From: Blastocladiella emersonii ATCC 22665
Lineage: Eukaryota; Fungi; Blastocladiomycota
Direction: 5' to 3'
Length of the DNA: 64,000 nucleotides
Assembly (NCBI GenBank): GCA_025594325.1
Contig: JANHCV010000010.1
Location: forward strand, 620,001 to 684,000
Within the stretch, counting starts at the first letter, position 1; every line of letters starts with the position of its first letter. Below the pieces are notes generated by a model, which had not been told where the DNA came from, did not search any database, and saw only the letters and a list, made by a program, of their open reading frames with translations. The translations under genes and the position numbers were made by a program. This document shows, piece after piece, positions 59,115 through 64,000 of this stretch.

Positions 59115-62100
59115 TAGGGTGCACGGAACGGAACATCGGAACGTTCCAGGAACGTTCCGGAACATGGGAACGTTCCGTTCCTGGGAACTTGACGAGGGGT
59201 GTTCCCTTGGGTAGTCATCGTAGAAGTGGCCTTGGTGGTCGGACAGGGCGGCCCCGTTTGGCTTCTTCGGACACGCTTGCGGGCCGATCGGACAGCTTAA
59301 AAATTAAATGGGCCGACCCCACCCCCAAATAAAAATTGCCCGGGCCCTCGCGGGCTCGAAATCTCAACTCAAGAAAATGAATCGCTTCGAGCTCACTTGC
59401 TGGCGGATGCCTCACATCCCAACTTGACAAAGAGGAGTCGATCCCCCGCCTTCGGAAAGCCGCAACTGAAAGGAATCGGCCCTCAAATTAAATGCCAGGA
59501 CCTCGAATCCGCTGGCCCGTTGCTCGGCCAAGTCGAAATAGAGAGCTAACTCGCGCGAGGAGAAAATTGACGCGAACCAGCAGGAAGTGAGAGGATCAAG
59601 AATGCAACGCGCCCGAAATATATATACAGCGACACCAGCGTGGAGACTCCGCCGTCCGAGAGGAGCCGCGGATGCGGCGCGTGATCCGCGAGCAAGGCTG
59701 CTCGGGCGGGAAGCCCGCCTTGGCCACGAGCGGCCGGGCGGCGGTGTGGGTCGGGCCCGACCCGCCGCCGGCGGACTAGAGACCCTTGGGCGAGATTGCG
59801 GTTGATGCGTCGACACACGGGGAGAACTGGACAGTGACGAGGCCGCGCGCGGCGAGGGACGACAAGGTACGCGCGACGTGAGCACCTGCAAGTACTAGCG
59901 GCGAGTCGACGCGAGCAGGTCGGGGCGGAAACGCGACGTACTACACAGGCCATGAAGCGCGTCGGCATGGGGCGACAAGGTTCGCCGACCTGCTCCTTGT
60001 CGCCGCCGCCGCCGTCGGCCGCACCGCCCGATTCGCCGCTGCCACCGCCGCCAGCAGCGGGCTTGCCGCGGTACTTGTCGATCTCGCCCTGCACGATCTC
60101 GGGGTACTCGCGCAGCTCGCGGAGCGCGTTGTGGTAGGGCTCACGCGTCCCGTGCGAGTGCGCGGGCAGGCGGACGAGGGCCACGAAGTCGATGAAGGCG
60201 CACACGAGGGTGAGGAGCGGCTGAACGACGGCGATGGCCTTCATGGCAAACAAGCCGACGGCGAGCACCTCGACGAGCGCGGCGTGCGCGTGCACCGTAG
60301 TCTTAGTCCCAATGAAGGCGGACTTGGACCGCGAGCAGCAGAAGGACGAGAACAGCAGCGCCAACGACACGCCGTCGTTGGGCTGCGCGCCATGGACGAG
60401 CCGCGCGACCGTTGGGCGACGGTGGATCAAGCGCGTGCGTGTCGCGCTCGGTGCGCAGCGTCTGCAGGGTCGCGCGCCACGCGCCGCGGCGACGCTACCT
60501 CGCGGGTGGGAAGCGGCGAACCGTCGGCGGGCAGGGAGACGGGGTGCATGATGGTGTTGTGCTCGAGCCGCAGGTCCAGGTGCAGCTCGTCAAGAGACCC
60601 GATTGAGACCGTGACGGCGTCAGCGCGGTGCGGCGGGCGCGCCTACTCGGTCGCGAGCAAGCGGGCACGCAGGCCGAGCTCGAGCGAAGAGGTGGCGGCC
60701 GGCGGTGGTGGATAAAGCTTCATGGGGCGCCGGCGGCAGCGAGCGGGGGAGAGAGCGAGAGCAGCCCGCTCCGGGACTTTGCGTTTTTTCGAGCGGCGGT
60801 CGAGCGGCAGAGGCCCTGTCAACCGGTCACATGGGCCCCGCTGACGATGGCGCAACTGCTTTTCGCTCGCGCTGATCGACGCCACCGGCTCGCCCTCACT
60901 TTAGCGCCCGCCCGCCGCCCCGCGCACTAGCTCTTCCACCCGCCCTCACGCAACCCACCGCCTCGGCGGTCCACTCCTCCACCACTACCCGATCCACACC
61001 CACCTTCCTCACCATGGTGGGCTTCGTCGCGCGTCCGTGACGCTTCATCTCGTCGCGTTCCTCGCCTCGCCGCCCAGCTCCGCGGCCGACATCTGGCTCG
61101 GCCACCGCCTCAAGACCTTCGCCAAGAACTCGCGTAGCTCGGTTCTGGAGACGTATGTGCCAGTCTGCTCGCCCTCGCATTCCGCGAGCACCGCGCTGAC
61201 AGCGAACGCCACGTCGTTTAGGCCTCGCTTGTGACGCGGCCTCCGCCCCATCGTGCTCGACAAGACCGCGCTCACGCTCGCGGGCGCCCCCGGCGTGATC
61301 CGCGACGTTGCCGCCCGCCTGTTTGGCTTCCCAAGCAGTCAACGCACGCGGTATGCTTGCGCACGGTGCCGCCCCGCGAGTTATCCCACTGACCTCTCGC
61401 CCCCGCGATTTCCAGGCATCATCTTCCCGTGGCTCAAGCTCGAGCACGTCTAGTACCTCGGCCGCGTCACCCCCGACGGCGCGCGCAACCTCAAGCGCAA
61501 GCGCTTCCACATGCAGTACCAGGCTAACTAGACCCAGGCCGCGGCGCGCGGCACTCAACACGATCACGGCCAAGCGCGACAAGATGTGCCCGGCGGTCCC
61601 GCTCGACGAGCACTCGTTCCAGTCGCAAATCAACACGCAGCGCCAGGTCAACTTCCTCGGCCAAGCGCAACGCGCCGCGGCGGCGCCGTCGATCAAGGAG
61701 CTCAGGCGTGCAACGACCTCGTGGTCGTGGTCGTGGTCGAGTCGCTCAAGCGACTGTTCTCCGCGGTCAAGAAGTACGAGGAGGAGGAGGGGCTGATGGT
61801 GTGGGTTGGGGAGCGAGCGGCCTACGGGCTGAATTTGACGTCCTTTCTTTTCGAACTGCTTCTCTTTATCGCTTCAATCTTTTCTGAGCTGAATTTGAAT
61901 TTCCTGAGCTGAATTTCTGAACCCCCCCAAAAGCGCATGTAACGGTAGCGCGTTTAGATACGTTTTGCTGCTTTGGACGGAGCGTGTCCAATCGGACAGC
62001 TCTGTCCAATTGAGTTCAGCATCCTAATCGGACACGCGCTGTCCGAACCGTCCGAAGCGGCCAATTTAACCAGCGGGAAATCTACGATGACTATGTTCCC

Positions 62101-62388
62101 CTCACTCAGTCAAAAATGCGAATTTTGGGTGGCTTCTTTTGCGAGGCGGCTCAGCCGTCGTGGCTCGTGCAAAAGACATGCTTCCCGAGCCTTCAGGGCC
62201 ACACATGACATCAATGAGGTCACTCGACAACGACCTTGATGCACGCTTGCAACGGCCTCGTCGCTCTACGGGTCACGTTTATGTCACGTGGTGGGAACGT
62301 TCCCTTGGGAACGTTCCCGGAGCGTGGTTGCAGCGTTCCCGCTCCGTTCCTGTTCCCGGCCAGCCGAGGGCTTGTTCCGTGCACACTA
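59115..62388. mobile_element. hAT-superfamily DNA transposon (3274 bp), non-autonomous/degenerate
   Basis: TIRs TAGGGTGCACGGAAC / reverse complement TAGTGTGCACGGAAC; perfect 8-bp TSD ACTATGGG (59107-59114, 62389-62396); subterminal GGAACGTTCC and TCGGACA arrays at both ends; GC3-biased minus-strand relic (~60430-59800, ..EIDKYRGKP..FP..L..YLQVLTS) resembling a hAT dimerisation region. Confidence 0.88.
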
Positions 62389-64000
62389 ACTATGGGCGGC
62401 CCCTGTGGCCAAGCTGGCAGCCGTTTCAGGTCTTTCAATCTTTCGCATTTTCCGCTCCTTCGCTTCACGCTTTTCGCGCTTTTCGCTCCTTTCGCTTTTC
62501 GCGTTCATCGGAAATCGCGGATCACAAATTGTGCGGCCAGCTGCAAATTTGCACTCAATTCTTGGGCCGGGTCGGGTGAGGGTCGAAATCGCATATCAGG
62601 ATTTCTGGTGAATGCGATACATGAGCGTGATGGGTGAGGTCAGGGGGATTTTTTGCTGGTGGTCGTGGTGGTTATAGTCGCCCTTGAAGTAAGTTGGACT
62701 TTTCATCACAACGGCTCAGTCGATTGCGCTGTACTCGAAGGTGATGGACTGACCGTGCTAAGAGCTACAAAAGAGATAATTAAGCGTTGGGGTGGTTGGA
62801 AGCCGGGTGTCAAGAAAAAAATGGCGATCGGATTCTCAACGCTAACACACCGCCAGGGTTGATTCAAGAAGCTAACCTCGAAAGTCGTTCCTGCGCAACG
62901 GAGTGAAGGATGTGACTCGCGCAAATATATTTAGCGCTCAGAGGAGCACGGAAACGATAGACACAGTTTGAATTCATGGGGTCGCAAATCGAGTACAGCA
63001 TCCAATCCAGAGGGTAAACAGGCTTTCTCCTTGCGGCAAACTGGTCAACTACCTCTACCTCAGTAGATAAACTTGGTTTCCTGGCCGGGATTGCAGTTTA
63101 AAGAGGTCGAAACCTATGTTCGCCTGAAGGGGTTTGCGGCACGCATGCTGTTGCGGATTGCGCTCGCGGATCGAGCTTATTAGGTGGACGCCTACCGGCG
63201 CGGCAGGCCAAGCGGCCAAAAAAAGTTGATTTTCTTCAATTGTTTGTACGTGGCCGCATACTGGCCCGATTCGTTTAAGTTGACGAGAGCGAGCGAGTGA
63301 AGGACCGCTTCCGCTAGCACGAATGGACAACAATTGCCAGCCTCGAGTAAAGCTGGTGAGCCCTGGTACTTAGCATGCTCACAATTCAGCGCTTCAGCAA
63401 GAGCGCGCGGGACGGTCGCCCAACCAGTGAAGCACGTCCACGGCGCTGAACCGGCACGTTGCAAATCTTTCCAGACCTGAATGAGGTGCATGCGATCCAG
63501 TCGGTGCGATTGAGCGCCTGGAACGCATCAAAGGCCACTTCAGAGAGTTGCGAATGGTGCTATTCCTTTGCTTGAACACAGGGTCGCGGAACGGCCATGC
63601 TCGAGCTGCCTCTGACGCTGGTAGAACATGTAACACCCCGTGATCGAGCTTCACTATCTGCCACGCGACGATTTTAGAGTTGAAACGCGACGTGAACGTT
63701 TCCAGCTTCATGGTAGAGTCATGGATCAGTAGGCGACATTCTGTTCGTCACTCAAGGGCGGGTCTCCGACTTGGCGAGCGGCCCTATCAACTAGCTGAAG
63801 CTACCGGCGGTCAAATCCAAAGCGGACATGACTTCTTCTGATGCGCTGGGAGCGACAGGCGCGGCTCGTCAGCGGCTGGCGGTGCCTGTGCTACGGGTTC
63901 AGCGCGGCGCTCGAATCACGCAAGTAGACATAAACTAGGCGCAATTTGGAAGAAATCCATGGGTTGAATACATTGCATCAACTGGCATCTACAGCATGCG

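Noticed and set aside
63050-63720. Possible Tc1/mariner relic (LKWP..., IQVWKDLQR)
   Set aside because: Motif spacing does not fit WPxxSPDLNPIE, and no TIR/TA found; region left unannotated.

Overview
GC-rich eukaryotic genomic DNA with short (~60-75 nt) GT-AG introns. The gene content suggests an early-diverging fungus, probably Blastocladiomycota (inference, no search run). Core genes: RPL1/uL1, an ABCC/MRP transporter, HMG-CoA lyase next to MCC alpha, an RRM protein, a DUF4211/CCDC82-like protein, a secreted tyrosinase, a TM-SH3 receptor-like protein and several small secreted proteins. Accessory features: (1) a 3.24-kb insertion (36119-39356, flanked by a GAG duplication) splits the otherwise intact ABCC gene and encodes, antisense, a free-standing intein-derived Hint-LAGLIDADG-Hint protein that keeps both endonuclease Asp motifs but appears to lack splicing residues, an HO/WHO-like architecture; (2) a ~7.4-kb apparently perfect inverted duplication (7171-14565 / 18686-26080) around a scrambled nest of Helitron2-type fragments; (3) a fully delimited 2-kb non-autonomous Helitron2 inserted into a TATA box; (4) a 3.27-kb hAT element with an 8-bp TSD; (5) four copies of a lineage-specific F-box-like gene family. 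Most long ORFs in the supplied track are antisense GC shadows.
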